Part shown: positions 10,936 through 23,577 of the stretch, piece by piece | Numbering within the stretch: the first letter of the stretch is position 1 | Layout of the letters: each line of letters starts with the position of its first letter | Source: an uncultured Actinomycetes bacterium | Lineage (GTDB): Bacteria; Actinomycetota; Actinomycetes; S36-B12 | DNA length: 64,000 bases | Reading direction: 5' to 3' | NCBI GenBank assembly: GCA_963755335.1 | Contig: CAVWJW010000004.1 | Span: 396,473-460,472 of the forward strand | The notes under the pieces: model-generated | Seen by the model: the letters and a program-made list of their open reading frames with translations, nothing else | Told to the model about the DNA's origin: nothing | The model's database searches: none | Made by a program: the position numbers and the translations under genes

Positions 10936-11044
10936 TGGCTAGCGCCGCCATCCGGAGTGCTGGGCTACAACAACTTTCGCGAGTGGCCAGGGGCGGGAGA
11001 TCCCCCATCTTCGGCAGCGAGACCCCAAGCGCGGGCCGGCCTCG

Positions 11045-14000
11045 TCAAGTCTTCCAGGTGACGAGGAGCCACACGTCGCGCTGCCCCGGGTCGAGCTGGA
11101 CGGTCCACTGCGTGCCGATCTTGGGCGTCGCGGGGATGGGGAGCAACTCCTCCAGCGGGTCGCCGGTGGCTGCCGGAGGCACGAACAGGGCCAAGGACTC
11201 CACCTTGACCTTCGGGCCGGCCCAGGAGGGGAAGTGCTCGGGTCGGAGTGTCAACGTCAGCGGCGCCTGCGCACCCCCCTGCGCGACGAAGGCGGCCCAC
11301 TCCGAGGGGAACTCGTGACGTAGCGAGAACATCCGCACGCGACCGGCCGCACCGGTGTCGCCCGTGCCCTTTGCCAGCTTCTGCACCCGCTTGACGGCTG
11401 CGTCTACGGCGCCGCCGTCGAAGCGGGCCGAGAGGCTCAGGTGCAGCACGACATCGCTGATGGTGTCGTAGTCGAAGACCCGGAAGCCGTCGGTGCCCTG
11501 GCCCGGCAGGGTCAGCGTCCATTCGCTGATCGCGCCGGCGAACTCGAAGGGGCGGACCCGGTCGTCCCTGCCGCCGGAGGCGTCACCGCCGGAGTCCTCG
11601 ACGCCGGTGCTGGCGACCATCTGTGTCACGGCGCCGTTGAGGTCGGTCAGTTCGCTGGCCGGCTCCATGCGCACCTGGCTCCTGGTCAGCGAAAGCACGC
11701 AGTTAAGGCTCGTGTAGGGGGCGGCCACACACGGGATGCTGAGCGAGGCCGACCGTATGCGACGCCGGTAGAAGCCCGGGGCCTCCAGGTCGAACCACTC
11801 CTCAGGCACGGAGAACGAGCAGGTGCCGGTGGCGCGCAGCGTGAGCAGTGCTAAGGGGTCGAGCTGGGCCAGGCTGATGTGCCGAGTCGGCTCGAGCTCG
11901 GGGCTGTTCGCCTCGTCGTACGCCGCCTGCATCCGCATGGAGGTCGAGCAGCAAGTTCTCGCCGCCGTATAGGCCTTCCATCCCGCCCTCGTAGCCGGGA
12001 CGGATGTACGTGGGCGCGTCCGCCGCGAGCAGCAGTTCGTGGCGCATCGCCGCCTCGGCCTTGCGGGCCAGTTCTTGGGCCAGGGCGAGGGTGCGGGTGT
12101 AGAGGCCGCGGGTTTCGCGCTTTGACCAGGCATAGAGGGCCTTGTTGCCCACCTTGCCCTTGGGGTCGGTCGCCTGGGCGTTGAGGAACGTCTCGATCTC
12201 GCCTGCCTGTTGAATCTGCACCCGCTGGTTGGCCAGCTCACGCTCGGAGATGGCCTCACGGATCTGTGCCGCGCGCAGCTGGCGGTAGAGATGGTTGATC
12301 TCGGTCGTGGCCAGGCTGCTCTGCTGTGCCCACTCTTGCTCGCGACGCCAGTAGTTGCCTACCTTCGCGGCGACGCCGGCCTGGTGGTTGAGTTGATCCG
12401 CGTAGGCGATCAGGTTGTCTGCGACGAAACGTGCTACTTGCCCCAGCTGGGAGCCTCCGAAGCCGAAGTCGCCACCGAGCCCCCAGAAGTGGAACTTGAC
12501 GCCAAAATCGGGGATGAGGGAGACGCCCTGACCGGAGAGTTGAGCCATCTTGATCAGATCGGTGATGGTGCGCGCGGTGCCGTTCTTGTCCAGCTCCTCG
12601 TTCTCGAAGCGGGAAAGCATTCGGCCGGCCGCCTCGGCGGCCACGTCGGTGACGATGTCTATCGGCACGTCGCGCTGGGCGAGAGTTGGCTCCTCGACGT
12701 TGAACTCGAACGACGTCAGTGACGACACGTCGATCTCGTCGAGCTCGGGAACCACGATGTCACCGAGGCTGCGCCCGAGCTGGCGCTCGTAGTAGGTGTA
12801 GCGACTGATCGCGCTGCGCATCGAGGCGGCGACGGCCTGGCGTGACTTCACCGACTCCTGGAGCTGGGCGTAGCGCACCTGCTCGCCGAGCTCGTAGAGC
12901 TGGCGCTCGTGGCGGGCCCGCATGAGGGTGAGCCGCTCGGCGTCGTCCTTCTCGGTGGCTCCGAGCAGGCTGGCGCCCAGGCTTGCCGCCGACTGGGCTG
13001 CCGCGGCCGCCTGCTGGTGCAGCACCGTGAACCGGACGTGCGACGGCGGCTGACCCAGCCCGGCGACGATCGCGTCCACGGAGAGTCCGGAGGCCGTGGC
13101 GCGGGCGAGCATGGCGGGGTCGATCGGCGGCTCGAACAAGGGGAGCTGGCGAAAGACGCCCTGCAAGTTGAGGCTGTTGCGGATCTTGAACAACCTGTCG
13201 GCCACGGCGTCCCAGTAGGCCAGCAGGTTGTCGTTGCGCGGTACGCCGAAGTAGAGGGTCCGGCCCAGGTTGCGCAAGGTCACGAGCCGCCCGTCCGACG
13301 CTGTGGCCCCGGGCTGCGGGGCGAGGTCCAGGAGCAGGGAGCTCTCGACGGGTCGCATGGCGTTGCCGAAGGCGTCGAGGTCCTTGCGCAGGTCAGCGTA
13401 GGTCTGGCTGCGGGTGGTGCCCTTTGACGGCACGGCCTGCGGACGCGGCCCAAGGATGTTGGCCGCCAGCACGTACAGCTGCATGGCTTCGTCGATTGAC
13501 TCGCCGGTGTCCTGGCGGAACAAGGAGTCGCCCCAGGCGATGAGGTTGTCGATGTACGCCATCACGGTCTTGACCATGTAGGCGGACTGACGGAAGCGTG
13601 CGACCACGTGCGGGCGGAAGGGGGCGTCCTTCCATGCACCGATGGCGTTAACCGTGTCGCGCTGGAGCACCGGGTCGTCGCCCGTGGACAGGTTGACCAG
13701 AATCTCCTCGATCCGTTGCACGTCTGTCGTCTGGAACGGCTTGACGCGCCAATAGCGCTCGGGGCTGACCTGCGCCGAGGTGTCGGTGGGGTCGAACATG
13801 AAGTGGAACCATCGCATCGCTTCCTCGTAGCGGCCGCTGCGCGACAGGTTGACCGCCACGAGCATCGGCACGTGGAAGAACAGTTCCCAGTTGTAGCCGG
13901 CGTAGGCGCCGCCCAGGCTGAAGTCGAGCTCGTCCACGGGGTGGGGGTTCTGCGCGGTTCCCGGCACGGACGCCCCTGGCAGATAGCCGGCGAAGAATGG

Positions 14001-14580
14001 CCGGTGTAGCACGGGTTGGGGCGCAGCGTCGACCAACGTCCCGGCAAGGTCACTCGACAACGTGACCCGGGAGCCGGCGCGGCGCACCACCTCGGCGCTG
14101 CTCGGGACGACCACCGGCGTGCCGGGCGCGCCCAGGATGACGTTGCCGTCGGGTGCCACGATGTGTCGCCCGGCCAGTCTCGCCGGACTGCCAGCGAGCG
14201 TCAGACCGATCCCGTCGGGCAGTTGGACGACTTCGCCCTTGGCGATCCTGACATTGCCGCTGTCCGCAGTGCCGTCGGCCGTGACGACAACGGACGTCGC
14301 ATACTCCGTGTCGACGGCCAGGAGACTGCGGGTCGAACCGGCAAGGAGCCGGCGGGTGAGCTCGCCGACGTAGGGGTGGTAGTGCGGGCTGAAGGCATAG
14401 GCCAGGTTGCGTTCCCGCACGACGATGTGGCGCGACTCGGTGTGCGACCCGGGCCTGTGCACGATCGGGCCGCTGGAGCGCCGGGCCAAACAGGTCGTCC
14501 TTGGCGATCGTGGAGACGACGGAATCGGCATAGCCGTGGAAGCTCGTGGCGGCGAGGGCCGCATCGGATGGCTTGGCCAT
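11045..14580 (-). CDS. Tc toxin complex A component, C-terminal subunit (pore-forming and TcB-binding domains); frameshifts near 14470 and 11940
   Basis: YNWELFFHVP, DRLFKIRNSLNLQG...LPLFEPPIDP, RRIRSASLSIPCV, PFEFAGAISEW, FDYDTISDVVLHL; own RBS aggag. Confidence 0.88.
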
Positions 14581-14587
14581 GGCGCTC

Positions 14588-17500
14588 CTAGCGGTTGAGC
14601 CGGGTGATCAGGCCGACGTTGGCCACGAGCCCGGGTCGTTCCTCGGTCAGGTCGAACGCGTGGTCGGCGAAACCGGAGGAGCCGACCACATTCACGCGAG
14701 TCACTTCAGTGGACAGTCCGGCCTGAGCGAGGGCTTCGGGGTGGACCACGGCCACGGCCGAAGGTTCAAGGCCCGAGGCGGCGGTGTCGCCGAAGTCGGT
14801 GAGTTGCGTGCGGTCGAAGAGCCCGGGTTGGTCCGCCACCAGGACGTGGTCGATGGCCGGGCCGGTCATGGCCGATGAGCTGGCCGCTGCGACGGTGATC
14901 GCGACCGAGCCGCGCGGACCCAGCAGGCGGTCGCCGAAGAGCACGCCGGTCGACGGACCCATGAGCACGTCTTGAGGCAGGCCCTGGAAGACCTTGGGCC
15001 AGGGGTTGCCCGACTCGGGGATCCCGAGATCGGGCTGCACCAGTTCCGGCACATAGGGCCGGAGGTTCAGGTGGTCGACGATCTCGGGTGGGAAGACCAC
15101 CACCGGGCCGGCGTCGGGCACGAGATAGGACTCGAACGTCTCGATCGTGGTCTCCACCAGGGTGGGCTCGACGAAGAAGGTGCGGCGCGTGTCGGCGAAG
15201 AAGAACGGACTGACGAGAGAGCCGATCTCGGACCCACCGACAGTGACGGCGTTGGACGACGGGGTGATCGTGAACGGTCCGACCGCGCCGAGCACCGGCA
15301 TGGTCACCGCAGTCGGCACCGCCGCTCGGTCGTTGGTGGTCGTCAGCTTCTGCGTGAAGGAGACGACGAACGTGCCACTGCCGTCGTAGTGGTTGAACCG
15401 AGCGGCTGTCGACTGGAAGGGCATCGGCGGACGCGGCTGATTGGTGCCCTGCTCCAGGGGGCTGTTGCGACCCCGCAGCAGGAGCGTGCGCGTCGTGTCG
15501 CCGGTGAGGTGCACCTGGACTCCGGCCTCGTTGCCGTCGACGTCGTAGACGAGGGAGGAGTGGACGAACACCCGCGAGGGGTCGAGGGCATAACGACTGG
15601 AGAACGAGGGGATCGACCCGAAGCCGCTGCCGGTCGGGGCGGACCACTTTCCGGCGACGTACTCGCTCCAGTGGAGTTGGATCTGCACCGAGCGGCTGAC
15701 TCCGTCGCCGCGTGTCGATTGCTTGACCTCCGAAAGCGAGGCGTCGATGAGCTTGGGGTCCTTCTTCGCCGGAATGGCGCCGATGGAGGTCGCATTCACG
15801 GACCCGGACCCGGATCCGGCAAGTACATTGACGAACACCTGAGTCGCCGCGTCGACCTTCATCTCCAGACCGCCGGATGGTGAGGCATCAGCCGAGTCGG
15901 GCTGCTCGAGGAAGGTCACCCAGAACACGTACAGGCGGTTGCGCCAGATCACGGGGACGATGTGGTCGCCCTCGATGTTGACCCCCATCGGCTCCCAGGG
16001 AGTCCAGGTGCCGTGGTGCTGACGCCGGTAGAAGTACTGGCGCGGCAGGCCGTGGGTGCGACCGATGACGTGCAGTTGGTTGCTGCCCGGGTCTAGGAGG
16101 TCCTGCTCCCAGAACATGCCGCAGACCTCGAGCCGGGCGATCTCGTCGAGCTTGCGGAGATACGTCAGGAAGGCGTCTTCTGCCAAGTCGTCGGTGACGT
16201 CGGCCTGGACCAGGGTGCTCTCCAGCTCCTGGAACAGGTGTGACTTGTCGTCACGGAACTCCGGCTCCAGCCAGTTCTCAGGGAACAGGAAGATCTTGCG
16301 GTTGGCCTCCCAGACCCGGTAGCGGCGCAGCCAGGACCAGTGGTCAGGGTCGAGGGTGCTGGGATGGACCAGGGGCTCGACGCCGAGCAGGCAGCGCTGA
16401 ATGAACAGCTGGGCCGACGAAATCGCCTGGCGCACGCGCGACGTCCGCAGCACCGGCTCCGAACCTGGGTCGAGCAGGAGGTACTGGTAGAGCTCCTCGA
16501 TCGTTCCGAGGTCGAGCCGGACGAGGGTCGCTGCGACCAGGGCGTCGCGACGGGCGGCACGGAGCCGGTCGTTGACGGGGGCGGCGACGCGCTTCCAGAC
16601 GGTCACGCCGGTGCGCGTGCGCAGGGCATCGCGTGACTCCTGTGCGATGCGGCGGCGGTCCTCCATCGTGGTTGCCTCGAGGGTGACGGCCGTCCACCCG
16701 GCCAGCGTTTTGGCCGGGACTCCGGAGCGGCTGACGAGACGGAGTCCCTTCCAGAGCCGCACCAGCCCCCTGACGGTGCCGAGGTCGTCGGCCTCGACCT
16801 TCAGTGAGGTGGCGACGTCTGCCGTCTCGTCCGTTGTTCTTCGGGTCAGCCGAGCGAGGATGTCCAGCGCGTTCGCCAACCGGTCCGCCGCCGAACCGGC
16901 GCCCCTCGCCGTGGTGAGGACGGTGACCAACTCCGAGGACCCGCCGGCCGCCTCGTCACGCACGGCCGCATAGTCCAGGAGATCAACGAGCGTGGACAGG
17001 AACGGAGCCGGGCCGGCGACCTCCTCGGCCGGGAGGTCGGCGAGCCCGAACTCGGCAACCTCGTGGGCGTCGAGCTGGAGCCTGTCGGTCAGCACGAGCA
17101 CTCGGCCCAGGAGCTCGTGGGTGCGTGCGGCGGCGGCCAGATCCGGCCCTGGTGACGCCAGGCCGAAGTAGCCGTCGGCCAGGGGCGGCAGCGCCAGGAG
17201 GTCGACGACCTGCGCCTGCGGTCGTCCGAGGGCCGCCGACACGGCCTTGACCAGAATCGGGCGGGCCGCGTCACGCTCCTCCGCCGTCTCGACCGCGACG
17301 CCGGCCAGAGCAGCCGTCACGGCTGCCAGTGCCTCGGCGGTCGCCGCGGCGTCGGGGCGGAGTTCACCCTCGGGGTCGAAGCTGCACGCCGCCAGCAGCG
17401 CCACTTCGTTGGCGGTCAATCCGGCCTCGGAGATCTTGCGGCACAGCTCGACCTGGCCCAGGACGTCGGCGTCAGCACTACCTACGTATGCCGCGACGCC

Positions 17501-20500
17501 ACTCAGCCGGCGGAGCGTCACCAGGTCGCTGGTATTCACGTCGTAGGCCGAGGCCACTGCCCCGCCCACGACGGCGTAGCGGACCAGCAACTCGACCGTC
17601 GGTCGGTCAAGAGCGCTCTCGGCACTGAGCCCCTCGGCCGCCAGGATCGCAACCAGGTCCGCGGAGGTGAGGCCGGTCGCCGATTGAAGGGCCACGAGGT
17701 GACGGCCGACCGGGGTGTCGGGTGGCACGTCCTCGAGCGGGACGCCGGAGGGTGAGACGAGGACGGAGTCGCGGTCGCGCAGCGGCCCGCTGCCGAACAT
17801 CGAGTCGAAGGTCGCGGGGTCCAGTGGTGACCACAACCCGGTCAGAATCGCCTGTGGGCCGTCGTGGGCCACGAGGTCGGCGAACTCGAGCTGACGGCCT
17901 ACGCGCCGGATCGCCGTGCGCAGTGGATCACCCCAAGGAGAGTCGCCGGGCGCATAGGCGCTCAAAGCCGAGTCGAGGTCCGAAGTGCTCCAGCCGAGGC
18001 GCCGCCGGAGTCGAAGGAAGGTGTCGATCCGGACCGCCAGGTCCGCCAGCAGCTTCGGGGTGAGCGCCTCGCCCGCGGCGGTCGCGAAGTACGTCGCGTC
18101 GAAATCGCAGGACGGGTCGGGGTCAGCGAGCAGTACGACATTGTTGAGGACCTCGCCGACGATGCGCGCCAGGCGCTCGGCCGCCGTATCCGGTGAGACG
18201 AGGGCGAAGCGCGTGTCGACGGCCGCAAGCCGGCGCCCAACGGACTGGACGGTCTGCCAGGCGATCGACTCAGTGGGACCGGCGGGGGCAGCGGCGACGG
18301 CGACGAGGTCCTGGCGCTCGCGCCAGACGATCGCATCGGCCACGCTGATGCCCGCGGTGGTCAGCAGCCCCAGCTTGTCCAGCCCAGGATTGAGCCATCG
18401 AGTGCCGAGCAGGTCGACCAGGTCCTGGTAGCCGATACGGCTGACGCGGCACATCCGCTTGGCGCTTCCCAGTGCGGCGACCGCGTCAGCCTCGCTGATG
18501 AAGCCGAAGCGGGTCCACCAGTCGCTGAGCGGATCGTCGACGGTGATGACGGCGTACTCGACTTGGGTCAGCCCGAGTCTCTCCGCGGCCAGGGCATCCG
18601 TCTCGCCGTCCGCGAAGACTTCGAGGACCTCGACGAGCGGCACCTTGAGGCGCTCGGCGTAGGCGCGGGTGGTCTCGTGCCACAGGTCGAACGGCAGCAC
18701 GCTGGGCGCCTTCGACGTGCGCAGCACGTCGTCATAGACCGAGGTCTGGATGAACTCCGGCTCGGCAACCACCTCCTCGGTCGGCAGCCGCCCGCTGTCG
18801 TTCACCGTCGAATCGTCGAGTGCCCCGTGGGCCAGCGTGAACTCGAGAATCTCGTTGACCAGGTCGATGGTCGGCATCACCGTATTGGTGTTCTCGCAGG
18901 TCAGCTGGAGATGCGCGAGGTCGGGTCGGCGCTTCATGAGTTCGTCGTAAGGCGTCCCGTTCGGGTAGTCGTCGCCCTGATGCCGGCGACGCCACACCTC
19001 CCGGAAGCCTTCCCACGCAGTGGTGTCGGGGTCGAGGAACTTCAGGAGGTCGACAAGGTAGGCGGCTGGACCGAGCACCGACCGGCAGTGGTCGCACTCG
19101 CAGTAGTCCATCGACCCGAAGAGGGTCTCAACGTTCGGCCACCCGAACGAGTCCTTGAGCCGCTCAACTCCGGCGGCCCGCGCCTCCGCGTCGCCTTGCA
19201 CCGCGGCCAGGAGCGGGGCGGCGATCGCCTGCTGGGTCATGGCGTGGAAGTTGTAGAGCACAGCGCCGACCTGCTCGGACTTGCGATAGACCAGGCGGGC
19301 CTGCTCGCGTCCGGCGAAGTACGAGGCGTAGCGGTCGAGGAAGTCGACCTCCGGCATCGCGATGACGTCGAGGGCCGAGCTGAGCCCCTGGTCGAGCAGA
19401 ACCTTCATGGCGCCGTTGCTGGGTGACATCTGATAGACGCGGTGGAGAGTGTCGAGTGCTGTGGTCGTCCTGAGCCTGCGGTCGTCGTCGCCCTCCAGCA
19501 AGTCAGCGTTCTTCGATAGGAACGCCGCCGGGGAGTCGCCTCCGATGCGGAACCCGCGGTCCGCCGCGCTGACGAGCACGTGGGCCACGTCGGCCGCCTC
19601 AGCGTCACCGACCGGCAGGTCCCCACGGGTGACCTGTGCAGCCACCACCTCGGTCGGGTACGACACGCGGACCCGTCGCGCCAACTCCTCGGCGTAGACG
19701 TCCACTGCCTCGTCGTCGGTGCCGTAGGCCGGAGGGACGACGGCGGCGCCGCCGAGGTCCCGGATCGCCTGCGACCACGTGGACGGCTGATCCCACGACT
19801 GCTCGGCGAGGGTGCCGCGCAGACCCGAGCCGCCGGCCTTGTCCTCGACGTGCCTCATCAGCGAGGGGTTGTTCGTGGTGAGGAACGCGAGCTGGCCCTT
19901 GGCCCGCAGCGTGGTGATGAGCTCGGGGTCGAGTCCCGCGTCCTTCATCCGGTCCCACAGCTGGTCGGTCGAGCTGTCGTCGAGGAGGGCCGCCTGCAGC
20001 CGGGCGCGGGGACCTTCCGGCTCGTCGGGCAGGCCACTCGCGTCGAGCATCTCGCGCACGCTGGCGAGGCCGCCGCCGGGTCGGGCGTCCAGTCGGCGAT
20101 TGGTGGCGAAGTCCTCGAACGCGCGGAGGGCGGCCGAGGTCTCCCGCCGGAGAGGTCAACGATGCCGCTGTCGACCGCTTTGGCGAGCACGGCCTTAACG
20201 GTCGCGCTCGGCACCCGGCTGAGGAGGTCGGGGTCGGAAGGCAGGCCCGCGCGGAGCAAGGCGTACGTCGCATCCGGACCCATGCCCAGGTCCAGCCTCT
20301 CGGCCATGGCCGAGACCGCGATCAGCCGCGCGTCCCACCCGGTCTCGCGGTGAGCCACGGTGATGTCGGATCGCGCGTCGTCCTCGACGGCGTCACCAAG
20401 TCGCACATCACCGAGCACCGGCGCGAGGGCATCGCGCAGTCGCGCGTACTCCGAACTGGTGGCGACCGCGGTGGCCGGCGCGATGAAGTGCAGTGAGGCC

Positions 20501-20739
20501 GAGTCCTGCCGGGCTCCCAGAGGGGCGAGCCACGAGTCTTCCTGGCCGGGAACCTTGGCGACGAGCGAGGTGCGCTCGTCGATGCCGGCGGCGTCGACCG
20601 CGTAGTGACCCTGCTCGTCGGTGGTCACCTCGGAGACCAGCACCGGATCGCCGCCGAACACCTCGCGATAGAGCTGGAACGTCAGCCCTGATGCTGCCAG
20701 CCCGTTGGCCAGCCGGACCTGTCCATTGACTTCCGGCAT
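14588..20739 (-). CDS. Tc toxin complex A component, N-terminal subunit (VRP1/SpvA-like and neuraminidase-like domains); frameshift near 20060-20160
   Basis: FGSMDYCECDHCRSVLGPAAYLVDLL, RRPDL..L.LTCENTNT, TSRVRQAISSAQLFIQRCLLG, YRVWEANRKIFLFPENWLEPE. Confidence 0.9.
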
Positions 20740-20777
20740 GGGTCCTGTCCCGTTCGAAGGAAGGGCGAGTCCGCCGA

Positions 20778-20812
20778 AAAGTATCCAAATCGGAACTTTG
20801 CGTCAATGACGC
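20778..20812 (-). promoter_or_regulatory. sigma70-type promoter for the Tc operon with palindrome overlapping -35
   Basis: Minus strand TTGACG-N17-TACTTT about 40 nt upstream of the ATG; GCGTCA-A-TGACGC at 20800-20812. Confidence 0.6.
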
Positions 20813-21043
20813 GTATGTCCCCCATTTCGACCTCGGCCGATCTGCCTTGGGGGTCTGTTCGGCGTGGTCGCGCGGTGCAGTTGCCGAGGGATCGCTTGTC
20901 CGGGGTGCGACGTATCGTTGGTAGTGATCAGGAGTCCTGGCGATAAGCCCTCCGGCTTGCCAGGCGCCAACCGCGCACCGCGCACGGTGGCCCCGGAGGA
21001 AGATCCGCCCCTCGAAACGGGGGGAAGAGCGTAAGGAATCCTC

Positions 21044-21668
21044 ATGCGATCGTTCAAGAACGTCACTCCTGCTGAGATCGAGGCCGCCTTTCAGGAGCAG
21101 AAGGAGCGGCTCCCTATCTACTCCGAGACAGCCGCCTTGGCAGCAGCCGTCGTGGTGCGCCCCGACCTGGCTCATTCGGCGCTGGTCGGGATGGCTGTGC
21201 AAGGTCTGCCGGCGCGTGCCGTTGCCGAGCGCCAGCCATGGTCGTGGCTCGGCTGCGAGACCTGTCGCGTCGTGGATGCGCGCGCGGCGTCACTGTTCGG
21301 CGGCAGACGGATCCTTCCGCTGGGCCAGCACTCGATCATGAACGGCGTCAGGCATCCGGCTGTCGACGCCTGATGGACCTGGGCTGGACGCCAAGTTCGA
21401 GCAGTTCGTCGCGCTCGGGCATGGCTGGAAGGACCTGTCACGGTGGGCCGCCGTCGAAGGAGATCGCCTCGCCGCGACGGTGCCTGTTGAGGACTGGGGG
21501 CCATCCGAGTCAGTTCCCCTTGCCACTTGGCGAGAGTGGTTCCCATCCGGTCGCGCCGCGTCGGCGTGCGCGTTCACCCGGCTGATCGCCGAGCAGCAGC
21601 CGTGGCTGGTGGAGATCGATCCGCGCGTCGGCGACGTGGACTGGCTGACGGTGGGTCGGTGTTCATGA
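21044..21668 (+). CDS. hypothetical protein, probably one gene with frameshift near 21350
   Basis: RBS aagga; ORF 21044-21373 continues in another frame as ...LDAKFEQFVALGHGWKDL... to 21668. Confidence 0.45.
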
Positions 21669-21841
21669 GTGGGGAACCGATCTGGTTGGACTGGGTGGAG
21701 TCCGAGGTGACGGACCTGACGGGCGAGCAACTGCGGGCCTTCGTCGACGAATGGCACGGCAAGGCGGAGCGGTATCTTCGCGAGCAGCAGCGTGGGCAGC
21801 TCGCACGCGGGAGCGAAGACCCGGCGCGTCGAGGGAAATGA
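21665..21841 (+). CDS. small hypothetical protein
   Basis: ATGA overlap with upstream stop; MSGEPIWLDWVESEVTDL... Confidence 0.4.
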   Translation: MSGEPIWLDWVESEVTDLTGEQLRAFVDEWHGKAERYLREQQRGQLARGSEDPARRGK

Positions 21842-22374
21842 CGCCGTCGGACCGAAGCTGCTACCGCGGCCCCATCGGCTCGTGCGGCCAACCGGTTGGC
21901 GGCATCAACCGTCACCAGTACGACCGGTCGGATCCCTACCTTTGGTTTGACGAGGCCATCCGTAGGGCGGCGGAGCACCTGGTCTCAGGACTTCATAGGA
22001 CCCATCCCCGCGACCCGGGCTTGGGGGCATTTCGCCCTGGCGCACACGTGTGATAGGAAAGACGAAGTCGGAAATGCATTGCGCTGCAGGCTCTTCAGAG
22101 ATGAGGGGCTGGTCGGCTGTGAAACGCCCTCATCTAAAGGGGCCAATGACACTCCCCGAGCAGTGATGGCGTTGCTGACAAGACTGACGCCATTCTGGCA
22201 GTCGAACGGCGTCACCAGGATCCGCGATTCCACGAGGCCTCTCCCCGCGTCCTTGGGTCCTATGGCGCTTATAGACCGCAAGGAGACGAATGACAACTCT
22301 TGTCCTTGTTTCCTCCCATTCATACCGTTGCGGCACGGGGCTCCGCGGGGAGCGCTCAGGAAACGGGAGGCTCA

Positions 22375-23094
22375 ATGTCCATGTCATCGCCGGGGCCGAC
22401 TCAAGGCTCATGGACCTTCATCAACAACACCGGTGTGGACATCAACATCGGCCTGTTCTGGGACGGGTTTCTCACTGAGGGCTATCGAAACAGCATCCCT
22501 ACGTACTCCCAGGACTCCTGCGGGGCACTTCCGACGGCAAGTCAGATGTTCGGCAGCGCACAGATCGCCAAGATGGTCAGGGACAACTGGATCACGATTC
22601 AGTCGACCATGAAGCTCCCGGTGTACAAGGCCAAGGATGGCTCGGTGCTCGGCCCGGGCAAGAGTCAGTGGGTTGTCTATCCCATGGCCGTCGCCTACGA
22701 CGTCGTGGCCACCTACTCGACCCCCGAGTCGATGCTCAACCCGGACGACAACTGGAGCCGTTGGTCGAATATCGGCTTGACTGTGGCTGGCATCGCCGAG
22801 ATGGCTATCGGGGCCGTGCTCGAGCCAGTAACTGGTGGGGCGAGCACTGCGCTGCTGGTGACGGGCGTCATCACGACGGTGGCGTCGGTGGGCCTCGATG
22901 TCGCTTCGTCCGTCGTCCCATGCACGTTCAAGGGCTGGTACGGCGCCAACCACTACCTGTGCGTCGTCAATGGTGGCATCCACGGCCGGGCCACCGGCAA
23001 GGGTGATGGAGTCGAAATCACGTCGATAGATCCACTCACGGTGAATTGGATGAACACGACCACTGGACAGCATGGCGTGGTGACCGCCACCTAG
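22375..23094 (+). CDS. hypothetical protein with Gly/Ala-rich hydrophobic hairpin
   Basis: RBS ggagg; GLTVAGIAEMAIGAVLEPVTGGASTALLVTGVITTVASVG segment inside a beta-rich protein. Confidence 0.65.
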   Translation: MSMSSPGPTQGSWTFINNTGVDINIGLFWDGFLTEGYRNSIPTYSQDSCGALPTASQMFGSAQIAKMVRDNWITIQSTMKLPVYKAKDGSVLGPGKSQWVVYPMAVAYDVVATYSTPESMLNPDDNWSRWSNIGLTVAGIAEMAIGAVLEPVTGGASTALLVTGVITTVASVGLDVASSVVPCTFKGWYGANHYLCVVNGGIHGRATGKGDGVEITSIDPLTVNWMNTTTGQHGVVTAT

Positions 23095-23279
23095 TGGATG
23101 CCCGCCCCCGTCGCCGCGCATCGCCTTGCGCCGTGACGACATGGAGGTCGATGCGCGCTCGCGGGTCCGCGTTGACGCCTAGTGCCCTGTCGTTAGTGCC
23201 CACGTGAAGTACCGGTCGGGGTAGTGGGCCATAAGAACGAACGGGATGGGCGAGCTCCTGTTCCCATGCCGTGTCGTGC

Positions 23280-23416
23280 TTGACCTTCGGATGTTTGCGT
23301 GGCCGATTCTCGCCTCTCACAGCGTCGTCGGTAGTAGACAACTATTGGTCTGCCGTCGCCTCACGGGAGCCAGCACGAACGGGCAAGTAGGGCAGAACTC
23401 AGGGCAGGTTGGTCGA
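23280..23416 (+). repeat. att-like repeat (core plus right arm)
   Basis: ttgaccttcggatgttt ... acaactattgg ... ctcacgggagccagc ... gggcagaactcagggcaggttggtcga. Confidence 0.8.
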
Positions 23417-23577
23417 CGGCAAATTTGCGGGGAAGGGCTCGGGGGACCCCGCTGTCCGGTCCTGCACCAGCGACGTCCAAGCCCCTCGCTGCTAGTCGAG
23501 CCAGCGCCAGTTCCGCCGCATGAGGATGCCCCGACTTCTCGTGACCTTCTCATTGACATAAGTGTGATGCTTGATGG

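Noticed and set aside
22070-22150. Possible further att remnant (gaaatgcattgcgctgcag) with AGATGAGGG/CCCTCATCT hairpin
   Set aside because: Only the left palindrome is partly matched; no clear core or right arm.
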